The notes below the pieces were generated by a model. The model was not told the DNA's origin, did no database searches, and saw only the letters and a list, made by a program, of their open reading frames with translations. A DNA stretch of 32,000 nt from Candidatus Odinarchaeota archaeon (GTDB taxonomy: Archaea > Asgardarchaeota > Odinarchaeia > Odinarchaeales > Odinarchaeaceae): positions 122,572-154,571 of the forward strand of contig JAEOUO010000002.1 of NCBI GenBank assembly GCA_016839265.1, in the 5' to 3' direction. A program made the translations under genes and the position numbers. Positions 1-10,181 of the stretch are shown in pieces (the stretch's first letter is position 1; every line of letters begins with the position of its first letter).

Positions 1-1
1 A

Positions 2-811
2 GCTGAAACGTATATTAGAGAATTAATTGAGAAAGACGGTAAAGTTGTTGTGGAAGAGAAATTAGACGGTGAAGAATTCACGCTTCAAGCGTTCGTTGAC
101 GGTGTAAATGTAGTTGGCAGCCCTCTTGTTCAAGATCATAAAAGAGCTTATGAAGGTGATCAAGGCCCGAACACAGGCGGCATGGGTTCATATAGTTTTC
201 CAGATCACGGTCTCCCTTTCATAAATAGAGAGTATATACCGCAGGCTTTAGATATTTTAAAGAAGACTGTGAACGCTGTTAAAAAAGAGACCGGTATACC
301 TTATAAAGGGATTTTATACGGTCAATTCATGCTTACAAGAAACGGGCTTAAACTTGTTGAATTTAACTGCAGGTTCGGGGACCCTGAGGCGATAAATATT
401 TTACCTATTCTAGAAACCAGTTTCACAGATATATGTCTAAGAATACTAGACGGGAATCTATCAGAGAAACACGTATTATTCGATGATAAAGCTACCGTCG
501 TTAAATATCTAGCTCCGGTAGGCTACCCGGTGAGCCCGGTGCCTACTGAAGTGACGGTTAGCGAAGATGATATTAGAAAACTTGGGGGAAGAGTCTACTA
601 TGCGTCGGTTTCTGAGAAGGATGGGAAAATTTTAACAACAACTTCTAGAAGTATCGCGGTGTTAGGTGTAGGTTCAACGATAGAGGAGGCTGAGCGTATA
701 GCTGAAAACTCTATATGCTATATCGGCGGAGAGTTATTCCATAGACGTGATATAGGAACCCGTAAACTGATTCAGAAGAGAATAGACCATGTTAAACAGC
801 TTCTAAGTTAA
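2..811 (+). CDS. purD: Phosphoribosylamine-glycine ligase, C-terminal part (5' end lies outside the window)
   Basis: Frame is open from base 2 (AETYIRELIEKDGKVVVEEKLDGEEF), so the ORF-track start at 50 is not the true start. GARS motifs QDHKRAYEGDQGPNTGGMGSY and EFNCRFGDPE; first gene of a pur cluster. Confidence 0.95.
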   Translation, partial: AETYIRELIEKDGKVVVEEKLDGEEFTLQAFVDGVNVVGSPLVQDHKRAYEGDQGPNTGGMGSYSFPDHGLPFINREYIPQALDILKKTVNAVKKETGIPYKGILYGQFMLTRNGLKLVEFNCRFGDPEAINILPILETSFTDICLRILDGNLSEKHVLFDDKATVVKYLAPVGYPVSPVPTEVTVSEDDIRKLGGRVYYASVSEKDGKILTTTSRSIAVLGVGSTIEEAERIAENSICYIGGELFHRRDIGTRKLIQKRIDHVKQLLS

Positions 812-833
812 ATAAAACTTGAGGGGTGGGTGA

Positions 834-1913
834 TTGAAGCTAACTGTGTGGGATCTTGAAGGACCTATAAGCTACGTGGATTTCGCTGCTGATCTTTTTA
901 AAAAACTGGAGGAGAGATTAAACCGGTCTAATCTTGATTTATTCTATCAGATGATAAGCAACTATGATGATTATCTTATAGAGAACCCTCAAGTAATTCA
1001 TTCACTAGGCGTGGAAAGCTATGAGCCTGGGGATACTCTGAGGCTTTTAGCACCTTTTTACGCTTATTACTTTACAGATGAAGAGCTTATAACTCTCTCT
1101 AAAAGTAATCCGGGTCTTATCCCCGGTAGTGTAGAAGTGTTTAAAAGATTATACGAGAGTTGGCGGGTATACGTTATATCTACAAGTTACACTCAACACG
1201 CATATAATATTGCGTCTCTTATCGGGTTACCTTTAGAGAACGTGTACTGTACGGATTTCCCTGTGAAAGATTTAAAAAATACTTTAGGGGATATAACTTT
1301 CGCTGTTCAAATTTTAATCGACACTATTTTTCCTAAATATATCTCTGAAGGGTTAACCGGTGTATTAGACGATTTGAATGAATTCTTTTTTAAAACATGT
1401 TCAAAATATACTGAAACAATGATGAAGGTTACCGTTAGAGGCGGTCGTAGAAAAGAGAAGGCGATGCTTGAAATAGCTGAAAAACACGGTTATCCTTTAA
1501 ACCAGTTAATCGCGGTAGGGGACTCGATTACTGATATTAACATGTTGAAGCGTGTTAGAGATGAAGGGGGTGTAGCTGTAAGCTTTAACGGTAACCAGTA
1601 CTCTGTTCCAAACGCTAATATTGCTGTAACCTCTCCTAACCAAATGGGATCCTATCTTTTATTCGAGAATTATGATCGGATCTGGGATTGGTTGCAGGAA
1701 TGGTGTAGAGAATACCCTAACTTTAAAAACAATCCGGAGAGAATACCAAGCCACCTTATTTCAGAGTCTACTAAAAAATATTTTATTCAACATAATTTTA
1801 TCCCTCGCATAGATGATTTAAGAGACGCGGATTCGAATTTAATTAACGAGGTTGTAAACGTGCAGAAGGATATGAGGAAAAAAGTTAGAGGATGGGTTGG
1901 AGTTTTAGGTTGA
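834..1913 (+). CDS. HAD-superfamily hydrolase, COG4030/EhaR-like
   Basis: HAD motif I variant WDLEGPIS at the N-terminus, motif II ISTSY, motif IV VGDSITDINML. TTG start after the RBS-like GAGGGGTGGGTGA. Family assignment is from recalled similarity. Confidence 0.75.
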   Translation: MKLTVWDLEGPISYVDFAADLFKKLEERLNRSNLDLFYQMISNYDDYLIENPQVIHSLGVESYEPGDTLRLLAPFYAYYFTDEELITLSKSNPGLIPGSVEVFKRLYESWRVYVISTSYTQHAYNIASLIGLPLENVYCTDFPVKDLKNTLGDITFAVQILIDTIFPKYISEGLTGVLDDLNEFFFKTCSKYTETMMKVTVRGGRRKEKAMLEIAEKHGYPLNQLIAVGDSITDINMLKRVRDEGGVAVSFNGNQYSVPNANIAVTSPNQMGSYLLFENYDRIWDWLQEWCREYPNFKNNPERIPSHLISESTKKYFIQHNFIPRIDDLRDADSNLINEVVNVQKDMRKKVRGWVGVLG

Positions 1914-1926
1914 GGTCTGGAAAGGA

Positions 1927-2868
1927 GTGTTAAACTTGAAATTCGATTTAATATCAGTAGGAGCCTCTCTAATAGATTTAGTTGCTTTAGTTAACCGTTT
2001 CCCAGAATCGGATGATGAAATTTATATTCCTGATTTAAGAATCGAGTACGGTGGTTCAGCGGCTAACACCGCTGTAGCTTGTTCAAGACTAGGTTTGAAA
2101 GTGGCTTTTCTAGGTAAAATCGGATTAGATTATTTTGGAGACTTAATATTGAAGAAATTCGCTGAGGAGAAAGTTGACACTTCTCTGATTCTAAGAACAT
2201 CCGCTACTCCTACAGGTTTATGTTTCATCGCTGTGGATGCAGCTGGGGATAGGAGAATGTTCGCTTTCTCTGGGGCGGCTAATCAACTATCTATTAGCGA
2301 GTTAAATATTAACAGTCTTCTAGAATCTCGTTTAATATATATGGCTAGTCTTGAAAACACTGTTTTTCTAGCAGAGTTTTCGAAAAAGATTAGGGAGCAC
2401 GGTTTAAAAACGGCTTTAAACCCTGGTGCTTTAATCGCGAACCAGGGTTTAGAGAAAGCTAAACCTATAATCGAAAACACGGATATCTATATTTCCTCTT
2501 ATAATGAAGCTGTTAAAATACTACGTGTGGAAGGCTTAGATAATATTAAAAAAGTATTATTTAAGCAAGGTGTATCTAAGATCGCGATTACCTTAGGATC
2601 TGAAGGATGTATGGTTGCTGATCAATCTGAAACTTATATGATTCCCGCTGTGAAAGTTAACGTGAAAGATACTACAGGCGCCGGTGACGCTTTCACTGCA
2701 GGTTTTCTCACAGGCTTATTAACTAGTAAACCTTTATTGGAAGCAGGTTTTATGGGGGTTTCAGCGGCTGCTTTAAAAATTCAACATATCGGTGCGCGGG
2801 GTGGTTTACCCAGCTTGCAGGAGCTTGAAAACTTTATGAAAGCTCATAGAGTAAAATATTTAACGTAA
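1927..2868 (+). CDS. PfkB/ribokinase-family sugar or nucleoside kinase
   Basis: PfkB signatures GGSAANTAVACSRLG and DTTGAGDAFTAGF. Confidence 0.9.
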   Translation: MLNLKFDLISVGASLIDLVALVNRFPESDDEIYIPDLRIEYGGSAANTAVACSRLGLKVAFLGKIGLDYFGDLILKKFAEEKVDTSLILRTSATPTGLCFIAVDAAGDRRMFAFSGAANQLSISELNINSLLESRLIYMASLENTVFLAEFSKKIREHGLKTALNPGALIANQGLEKAKPIIENTDIYISSYNEAVKILRVEGLDNIKKVLFKQGVSKIAITLGSEGCMVADQSETYMIPAVKVNVKDTTGAGDAFTAGFLTGLLTSKPLLEAGFMGVSAAALKIQHIGARGGLPSLQELENFMKAHRVKYLT

Positions 2869-2909
2869 TTGAACACTTATTTTTTAAAGTTAGTTGAGGA
2901 GGAGATTAT

Positions 2910-3311
2910 ATGGGTGAAATAGATGTAGCGGTTTTAGCCGGCTCTAAATCTGATAGTGAAGTCGTTGAGAAAGTTACTTCTACGCTTGAAGAAGAGAAGA
3001 TAAGTTATGAAGTTAACTATATTAGCGCTCACCGTGAACCTGAGAAGCTTCGAGCTTATATTAAAGAAAACGATGAGCGGATTAAAATATATGTCTGCAT
3101 CGCAGGGCTGGCTGCAGCTTTACCTGGAGTAGTAGCCTCTTACACGAGTAAACCTGTTATAGGTGTGCCTGTTTCAGCTAAACTAGGCGGCTTAGACGCT
3201 TTACTGTCTATTGTTCAAACACCTGCAGGGATCCCTGTAGCTACGGTTGGTATAGATAACGGTCGAAACGCTGCTCTACTAGCTAAAAGAATACTCAGCT
3301 TATCTAAATAG
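2910..3311 (+). CDS. purE: AIR carboxylase / N5-CAIR mutase
   Basis: [30 protein letters not shown] and [14 protein letters not shown] motifs; GAGGAGG RBS. Confidence 0.93.
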   Translation: MGEIDVAVLAGSKSDSEVVEKVTSTLEEEKISYEVNYISAHREPEKLRAYIKENDERIKIYVCIAGLAAALPGVVASYTSKPVIGVPVSAKLGGLDALLSIVQTPAGIPVATVGIDNGRNAALLAKRILSLSK

Positions 3312-3328
3312 TATAGGAGGATGAAAAA

Positions 3329-4684
3329 TTGTATGTTCACCCTATTGAATACCGGTATTTTTACCCTGAAATGAAGTCGCTGTTCACGGAAGAGTATCGT
3401 TTACAGAAATGGCTTGAAGTTGAAGCTGCTTTAGCTCAAGCTCACGCTGAAGTAGGCGATATCCCCCGTGAAGCAGCTGAAGAGATAACTAGGAAAGCCT
3501 CAGTTAAATATGTGAAGCTGGAGAGAGTTAAAGAAATAGAAGATCAAATCCACCATGATCTTATGGCTATGGTTAAAGCGTTCACAGAGGTTTGTGAAGG
3601 CTACGCTGGAGCTTACATTCATTTAGGCGCTACAAGTTATGACATAGAGGATACAGCTACCGCGCTTCAATTAAAAGATGCGATTAAAATAATTATGGAG
3701 GATTTAATAAATTTAAAAAATGTAGTGGTGGATTTAGCGGATAAATATAAGTCTGTGATTTGTGTAGGTAGAACTCACGGTCAACACGCTTTACCAATCA
3801 CTTACGGGTTAAAATTCGCTATATGGGCTTATGAAATTCACAGACATATAATTCGCTTAATGCAGTTGACACCCCGTGTTTTAGTCGGTAAAATGACTGG
3901 TGCTGTTGGAACTATGGCGGGTTTCGGAGAGAAAGGCTTTCAGATACAGGAACTGGTGATGAAGAAACTTGGGTTGAAACCTGCTGAAACATCGAATCAA
4001 ATAGTTCAACGTGATAGAATAGCTGAGCTTATCTTGTTTACTAGTCTTGTAGCTGCTTCTCTTAATAAAATCGGTAAAGAACTTCGAAACCTTCAGCGAA
4101 CAGAGATAGGCGAGGTCTGGGAGGAGTTTAAGGAAACCCAGGTCGGTTCATCAACTATGCCTCATAAAAGGAATCCTCATAAATCTGAGAGAATATGCGG
4201 TTTATCGAGAATTCTCATCGGTAACGTTTTTCCTGCTCTTGAAAACGTTGCTTTAGAGCATGAACGTGACCTTACGAATTCAGCTCCGGAACGCATTATC
4301 ATCCCTGAGAATCTGATTCTATTAGATTACATGCTTAAACAACTAACACAGATATTGAAAGGTTTAAAACTAGACGAGCAGAATATTACACGAAACCTCG
4401 GTTTAACAAGAGGGTTTATAATGGCTGAAAAAATTATGTTAGAGTTGGTTAACAAAGGTTTAGGAAGACAGCAAGCTCACGAGCTTTTAAGAAAATGCGC
4501 TATGCAGTCGTGGAGTCAAAGAGTAGAATTTAAACAAGCTCTTTTAAATGAGCCTACTATTGCAAAAATAGTGTCATCGACTGAGCTAGATGAATGGTTG
4601 AATCCAGCAGCTTATATTGGAACAAGTGTTCAACAAGTAGAGAAAGCTGTAGCTGAACTGAGAGGCTATAAATATGAATTTTAA
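3329..4684 (+). CDS. purB: Adenylosuccinate lyase
   Basis: Fumarate-lyase signature GSSTMPHKRNPHKSERICGL; HLGATSYDI; GRTHGQHA; pur context. Confidence 0.96.
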   Translation: MYVHPIEYRYFYPEMKSLFTEEYRLQKWLEVEAALAQAHAEVGDIPREAAEEITRKASVKYVKLERVKEIEDQIHHDLMAMVKAFTEVCEGYAGAYIHLGATSYDIEDTATALQLKDAIKIIMEDLINLKNVVVDLADKYKSVICVGRTHGQHALPITYGLKFAIWAYEIHRHIIRLMQLTPRVLVGKMTGAVGTMAGFGEKGFQIQELVMKKLGLKPAETSNQIVQRDRIAELILFTSLVAASLNKIGKELRNLQRTEIGEVWEEFKETQVGSSTMPHKRNPHKSERICGLSRILIGNVFPALENVALEHERDLTNSAPERIIIPENLILLDYMLKQLTQILKGLKLDEQNITRNLGLTRGFIMAEKIMLELVNKGLGRQQAHELLRKCAMQSWSQRVEFKQALLNEPTIAKIVSSTELDEWLNPAAYIGTSVQQVEKAVAELRGYKYEF

Positions 4685-5738
4685 AATGACGTATAAGAAT
4701 GCGGGTGTAGATATTATTAAAGCGAAAGACGCTCATAAAAGAATCGGTCGGCTTATCGCCTCCACTTTCAACTTGAGAAGAAACCGGTTCGGCCAGCTTT
4801 TAAACGAGTACGGTCACTACGCTGCTCTCCTAGACATATCTGAAAGCTCCGCTATAGCTTTACACGCTGACGGTGTTGGTACAAAAGTGCTTCTCGCTCA
4901 AATGCTAGGTAAATATGATACTGTTGGAGTTGACTGCGTAGCGATGAATGTGAATGATCTAATATGTTGCGGAGCTGAACCTGTAGCTTTAGTCGACTAC
5001 ATCGCTTTAGAGTCATCTAACCCTCTGTTAGCTGAAGAGTTGGTTAAAGGTTTAGTTAAAGGAGCTAAAAAATCAGGTGCAGCTGTCGTCGGCGGGGAAA
5101 CCGCTATAATGCCTGATGTGATTAAAGGTGTGAAACCTGGATTCGGTTTCGATCTAGCAGCGCTCAGCGTAGGTGTTGTAGAGAAAAAAAATATTATTTT
5201 AGGGGACGGTATTAAACCAGGTGATATAGTAATCGGTTTACCTAGCAGCGGGCCTCACTCGAACGGTTACACTCTGATTCGAAGGATTCTGGAAGCTAGA
5301 AAAATCCTGTTAGATTCGAAGCCTTTAAACGGTTCTAAAACCTTAGGTGAACTTCTTTTAACACCTACTAGAATATATGTTAAAGAGGTTTTGAAACTGG
5401 TTGAGAACCGCCTCGTATCCGGTTTAGCTCATATAACCGGCGGCGCTTTCACCAAGCTTATGAGGTTAACTAAAAACAAACTCGGATTCCATCTTAAAAT
5501 GCCTAAACCCCCGGAGATATTTACGCTTATACAACAGTGGGGTAACGTGGACAGTTATGAAATGTATAAGACGTTTAATATGGGTGTAGGCTTCTGTATT
5601 ATTACTTCTCCTGAAAATGAAAGCGAGGTTATTCGTTTATGCAGACGCCCAGGTTTGAAACCTGTAGTGTTAGGTTACGTGTTAAAGGAGCGGAAAGTAA
5701 AATTAGAGACGTATACAGGTGAAATCTTATCCTACTAG
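4674..5738 (+). CDS. purM: AIR synthetase (phosphoribosylformylglycinamidine cyclo-ligase)
   Basis: YKNAGVDI, DGVGTK, DCVAMNVNDL, GGETA, SSGPHSNGY, HITGG, TFNMGVG; overlaps the purB stop by 11 nt. Confidence 0.96.
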   Translation: MNFKMTYKNAGVDIIKAKDAHKRIGRLIASTFNLRRNRFGQLLNEYGHYAALLDISESSAIALHADGVGTKVLLAQMLGKYDTVGVDCVAMNVNDLICCGAEPVALVDYIALESSNPLLAEELVKGLVKGAKKSGAAVVGGETAIMPDVIKGVKPGFGFDLAALSVGVVEKKNIILGDGIKPGDIVIGLPSSGPHSNGYTLIRRILEARKILLDSKPLNGSKTLGELLLTPTRIYVKEVLKLVENRLVSGLAHITGGAFTKLMRLTKNKLGFHLKMPKPPEIFTLIQQWGNVDSYEMYKTFNMGVGFCIITSPENESEVIRLCRRPGLKPVVLGYVLKERKVKLETYTGEILSY

Positions 5739-5741
5739 AGG

Positions 5742-6836
5742 TTGAAGAATATGATTCTCAGAGAGACTGTTCTAAAAACGGTTGAAGAATATGATGCTAA
5801 AAACATTCACATAACCACGATTGGAAGCCACTCTGCTTTAAATATTTTTAAAGGAGCTAAAGATGAAGGTTTTCAAACTATCTGTATTTGCGAGCGTGGC
5901 AGGGAGACTGTCTATCAACGTTTCCCGTTAGTTGACCGTTATATTATATTAGATAAATTATCTAATCTTTTAGATGATGATATTCAACGGCGACTGCTCT
6001 CTTTAAACTCTTTGATAATCCCTCACGGTTCTTTTAACGCTTATATAGGCTCTGAGCGTATTGAAGAATCTTTTAATCTACCTATTTTCGGTAACCGGGC
6101 TCTTCTAACATGGGAGTCTCACCGGGAAATGCAGGATAAATGGCTTAAACTAGCCGGGGTGCCTGTTCCTAAAACTTACAGTAAACCTGACGAAATCGAC
6201 ACTTTAACGATTACTAAGTTTCCTAGAGCTAAAGGCGGTAGAGGCTATTTTCTAGCTAACAGCTTAGATGTTTACGAGAGGAAGGCTGATGAAATGTTGA
6301 AGAAGGGTTTAATATCTGAAGATGATTTAAAGGAGCCTCAAATACAGGAATATATAACTGGTGCACCTGTATACTTGCATTATTTTTACTCTCCTTTAAG
6401 TAACCGGCTTGAATTTCTAGGCGCGGATAGAAGATATGAATCGAATGTGGACGGTTTATCTAGGATACCCGCCGCTGATCAGCTTGAAGCTAAACTAGAC
6501 GCAACTTTCACGGTGATGGGGAATTTCATGATAGTTCTCCGTGAGTCTCTGTTATCTCAAGTTTACGATTTAGGTGAAAAAGTCTTGGAGGCTTCTCGTA
6601 GAATCGCTCCGCCTGGTTTAATAGGGCCTTTCTGTTTGGAGACTATTTGCACAGAAAACCTTAAACTAATCGTGTTTGAAATCTCTTGTAGAATAGTCGC
6701 TGGCTGTAATGTAGCTATAGGATACTCTCCGTACACTTATCTATTATACGGTGAGCCTATGTATATGGGGAGGCGTATCGCACGTGAAATAAAAGAGGCG
6801 ATTCACCAGGGTAAGTTGAATTCTCTAATCACATAG
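5742..6836 (+). CDS. purP: Archaeal ATP-grasp FAICAR synthetase (PurP family)
   Basis: IGSHSALNIFKGAKDEGF, PHGSF, KGGRGYF, DRRYESNVDG, GPFCLE and FEISCRIVAG. A PurP-like (PurT-replacing) paralog cannot be excluded. Confidence 0.88.
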   Translation: MKNMILRETVLKTVEEYDAKNIHITTIGSHSALNIFKGAKDEGFQTICICERGRETVYQRFPLVDRYIILDKLSNLLDDDIQRRLLSLNSLIIPHGSFNAYIGSERIEESFNLPIFGNRALLTWESHREMQDKWLKLAGVPVPKTYSKPDEIDTLTITKFPRAKGGRGYFLANSLDVYERKADEMLKKGLISEDDLKEPQIQEYITGAPVYLHYFYSPLSNRLEFLGADRRYESNVDGLSRIPAADQLEAKLDATFTVMGNFMIVLRESLLSQVYDLGEKVLEASRRIAPPGLIGPFCLETICTENLKLIVFEISCRIVAGCNVAIGYSPYTYLLYGEPMYMGRRIAREIKEAIHQGKLNSLIT

Positions 6837-6846
6837 GTGGTTAACT

Positions 6847-7524
6847 ATGCAAGATGCATCTCATCTACTTGTTGAAAAACCAGATAAAATTAAAGTCTCC
6901 ATGATCATGGATAAACATATAATTAATCGGGAGAAACTAGATATAGCTGTGCTGGATTTCGGAGGCCAATATACTCATCTGATTAAGAGAATGCTGGATG
7001 AACTTGACGTTGACGTGGAGATTCTCCCCTATAATGTAAACTATCGGCAGCTGCTCGACTTTCATGTGAAAGGTGTTGTTTTCGGGGGTGGACCTAACTC
7101 TGTTTACGAGGAGAACGCTCCGCGTTGTGATTTAAATATTCTTCGCAACAATCAGTTGAAGATTCTAGGTATCTGCTACGGTCACCAGCTTATCGCGCAT
7201 CAGCTAGACGGTGTTGTTAAGAAAGGTGTTAGATGCGAGTATGGTTTAGCTGAGTTAATTATTGATGATGTTAATGATCCTTTATTTCAAGGGTTACCGG
7301 ATAGGATTCAAGTTTGGGCCTCTCACACTGATGAAGTTGAGAGGCTTCCGTTAGGTGGGAAAACTATCGCTCATAGTTTAAACTGTAGTATTGAAGCGTT
7401 TAATATTCATAATAGAATCTGGGGGGTTCAATTTCACCCTGAAGTCTCGCAGACCGAGCACGGTTATGAACTGCTTGAAAACTTTGCTGTTAAAATATGT
7501 AAATGTAATAGGATTCAACTTTAA
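6847..7524 (+). CDS. guaA: GMP synthase glutamine amidotransferase subunit A (split archaeal form)
   Basis: LDFGGQYTHLI, catalytic GICYGHQ and QFHPEV (Cys-His-Glu triad); no synthetase domain. The start could be a later ATG (6901/6907). Confidence 0.88.
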   Translation: MQDASHLLVEKPDKIKVSMIMDKHIINREKLDIAVLDFGGQYTHLIKRMLDELDVDVEILPYNVNYRQLLDFHVKGVVFGGGPNSVYEENAPRCDLNILRNNQLKILGICYGHQLIAHQLDGVVKKGVRCEYGLAELIIDDVNDPLFQGLPDRIQVWASHTDEVERLPLGGKTIAHSLNCSIEAFNIHNRIWGVQFHPEVSQTEHGYELLENFAVKICKCNRIQL

Positions 7525-7532
7525 CTATTAAG

Positions 7533-7540
7533 TTTTTTTT
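7533..7540 (+). terminator. Oligo(dT) archaeal terminator of the pur operon
   Basis: T8 run 9 nt after the guaA stop, followed by further T runs in an AT-rich intergenic region. Confidence 0.5.
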
Positions 7541-7687
7541 AAAAATATCTAAATACTTTTTTACAAATAGTATATTACGCTTATTAATATAGCTTTACTA
7601 CATATATTATATTTATTTATAGGATTTTTGGAGGTGTTTTAAACGGAAACATTTTGCAATGAATTATTTAAACACCTAAATAATCTT

Positions 7688-8152
7688 ATGAAGATTTTAG
7701 ACGCTCCTGATCTTTTAAAATTCGACTGTGTTAAAGATAAAATCAGCTATATTGATGACCTTATTTTTAATCTTGAAACTTTTATCAGAAACTATTTTAA
7801 ACTGTTTGATAAAATCAGCCGATTCGCTTCCAACACTATTAGACTCCTCGAAACACTTAAAGGTTTACTAGTTTTACTGCAGGGGTTGCTTGATCAGCCG
7901 GATCAACTTTATGAAAGAAATGTTTTCAATAATTTAGCTTTATCGAATATACTATACGCCGAGGAACTTACTGATAAGCTTATGAATCTTATAAATGAGT
8001 TAAGTAATATTAAACTAGGCACTGTTCAAAAATCGCTGATCGGGAATATACGCTCATCTTTTAAAGTTTTTCTTGATCCTTTACAGAATTTAAAAATCGA
8101 ATTAACTGTTTGCGAAAAATTTTTTAAAAAAAATTGTAAGTGTTCTAAATAA
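7688..8152 (+). CDS. Hypothetical all-alpha protein, 154 aa
   Basis: Clean ORF filling the gap between the pur operon and aconitase; amphipathic helical pattern; no recognisable motif. Confidence 0.65.
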   Translation: MKILDAPDLLKFDCVKDKISYIDDLIFNLETFIRNYFKLFDKISRFASNTIRLLETLKGLLVLLQGLLDQPDQLYERNVFNNLALSNILYAEELTDKLMNLINELSNIKLGTVQKSLIGNIRSSFKVFLDPLQNLKIELTVCEKFFKKNCKCSK

Positions 8153-8159
8153 TTTCCCA

Positions 8160-10097
8160 TCAACCGTTTTTATTCAACTTTTTAACATAATTTAATAACC
8201 CGCCTGAAAGTATTATTTTCACCTGTCGCGGTGTTAAATCATATTTCACTTTGAAGATTAATTTTTTACTCACATTAACAGCGTCCAAGATTTGTATACT
8301 GCCGGCTAACTTTTCTCTAATATTTTCTATGTTAACTATATCTCCCTGCTCTATTTTATTATAATCTGACTGGTTCACTAACTGTAAAGGTATGATGCCG
8401 AAGTTTACAAGGTTAGCTTTATGGATTCGAGCGTATGATTTCGCGATAACAGTTTTAATTCCAAGATACATCGGAGCGATCGCGGCATGCTCTCGACTAG
8501 AGCCTTGCCCGTAGTTTTCTCCAGCTAATATTAAACCGCCTTTCTTCTTCTTCACTCGGTCTATAAAAGTTGGATCAATATTTTTAAACACGTATTCGCT
8601 TATCGCAGGTATATTGCTTCTTAAAGGCAGTATTTTAGCACCGGCTGGTAGAATATCATCTGTTGATATGTTATCGCCTAGTTTTATAACCACTTCCATG
8701 TTAATACGGTCAGGTAGAGGGGTGTTTACAGGAAGCGGTTTTATATTCGGACCTCTTACCACTCGAATTTTAGATGAATCCACCGGGGGTTTAACTATTA
8801 AATTATCGTTTACGCGGATTCTCTCAGGCAGTTTTATAATCGGATAAGCTCCTAGCTTTCGCGGATCTGTGATCTCCCCGTGTAAGGCTGAAGCGGCGGC
8901 TACTTCAGGGCTGGCTAAAAACACTTGAGCGTCTTCAGTTCCGCTTCTTCCTTTAAAATTCCTGTTAAATGTTCTAAGAGATACTCCTCCGCTTCTAGGC
9001 GCCTGCCCCATGCCGATGCATGGACCGCACGCTGATTCCAGGATTCTGGCTCCAGCTGCTATTAAATCAGCTAAAGCCCCGTTTCTAGCTATCTCTTCTA
9101 ATACTTGTTTAGAGCCTGGGGAGATAGTTAAACTCACATCCGGGTGAATGGTTTTACCTTTAAGTATCGCTGCAACCGTCATTAAATCTTTTAACGATGA
9201 ATTCGTGCAGCTTCCTATTGCAACCTGTTCTACAGGTGTTCCTTCAACTTCGCTTATTTTTTTAACGTTTCCTGGGCTGTGCGGTAGAGCTATCATCGGC
9301 TCTAATTCATTTAAATTCACAGTCATATATTCATCGTATTCGCATCCCTGGTCAGCTTCCAACTTCACCCAGTCTCCGAGTCTTCTCTGAAGCTTGAAGA
9401 AATCTCTTGTAATCTCATCTGAGGGGAAGATAGAGCTTGTCGCACCTGTTTCAGCACCCATATTAGTTATAGTTGCTCGTTCATAGACATCCAGGTTTTT
9501 AACACCCTCCCCGTAATATTCGATTATTTTACCTACTCCTCCTTTAACTGTTAACCTCTTTAAAACTTCTAATATCACGTCTTTAGCGGAAACCCATGGT
9601 TTTCTCTCCCCTACCAGTTCTACACCTAAAACAGCAGGAGTGTTTAAATAGAATAAGCCTCCGCCCATCGCGACAGCTACATCTAAACCTCCGGCGCCGA
9701 TGCCTAGCATTCCAACACCGCCGCATGTAGGGGTGTGTGAGTCTGATCCTAGTAGTGTTTTACCTGGTTTACTGAATCTTTCTAAATTAACTTGATGACA
9801 TATTCCGTTTCCAGGTTTAGAGAAGTATACGCCGTATTTAGCGGCTACTGTTTGCAAATATTTATGATCGTCAGCGTTCATGTGATCTGTTTGAAGCGTG
9901 TTATGGTCGACGTAGCTGACTGAAAGCTCTGTTTTAACTTTATCTAAACCTAAAGCTTCAAATTGTAGATATGTTAATGTTCCTGTAGCATCCTGGGTTA
10001 GAGTCCGATCTATTCTTATACCTATCTCTTCGCCTTTAACCAGGCTGCCTTCCACTAAATGATTTTTTAGAATTTTATAAGTTAAATTTAAAGGCAT
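8160..10097 (-). CDS. acn: Aconitate hydratase (single-chain, about 650-aa Aquifex-like type)
   Basis: TQDATGT, DHN, GSDSHT, [4Fe-4S] cysteines in IGSCTN and ACGPCIGMG, RNFKGRSG, swivel-domain GENYGQGSSREHAA. Confidence 0.92.
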   Translation of the reverse strand: MPLNLTYKILKNHLVEGSLVKGEEIGIRIDRTLTQDATGTLTYLQFEALGLDKVKTELSVSYVDHNTLQTDHMNADDHKYLQTVAAKYGVYFSKPGNGICHQVNLERFSKPGKTLLGSDSHTPTCGGVGMLGIGAGGLDVAVAMGGGLFYLNTPAVLGVELVGERKPWVSAKDVILEVLKRLTVKGGVGKIIEYYGEGVKNLDVYERATITNMGAETGATSSIFPSDEITRDFFKLQRRLGDWVKLEADQGCEYDEYMTVNLNELEPMIALPHSPGNVKKISEVEGTPVEQVAIGSCTNSSLKDLMTVAAILKGKTIHPDVSLTISPGSKQVLEEIARNGALADLIAAGARILESACGPCIGMGQAPRSGGVSLRTFNRNFKGRSGTEDAQVFLASPEVAAASALHGEITDPRKLGAYPIIKLPERIRVNDNLIVKPPVDSSKIRVVRGPNIKPLPVNTPLPDRINMEVVIKLGDNISTDDILPAGAKILPLRSNIPAISEYVFKNIDPTFIDRVKKKKGGLILAGENYGQGSSREHAAIAPMYLGIKTVIAKSYARIHKANLVNFGIIPLQLVNQSDYNKIEQGDIVNIENIREKLAGSIQILDAVNVSKKLIFKVKYDLTPRQVKIILSGGLLNYVKKLNKNG

Positions 10098-10181
10098 GTT
10101 TTTAAAATAATGTTAAACAACTTTTTAATATTATGGATTACACGCTTTAACTCTTAGATGAATATTTAATTTTTTTAAAGC

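Noticed and set aside
2283-2480. 65-aa antisense ORF
   Set aside because: Shadow of the PfkB kinase gene; no motif.
8126-8152. C-terminal KKNCKCSK as a eukaryote-like prenylation signal
   Set aside because: Not a proper CaaX/CC/CxC terminus, and there is no prenyltransferase evidence.
8614-9390. Two + strand ORFs (8614-8847, 9148-9390)
   Set aside because: Antisense shadows inside aconitase.
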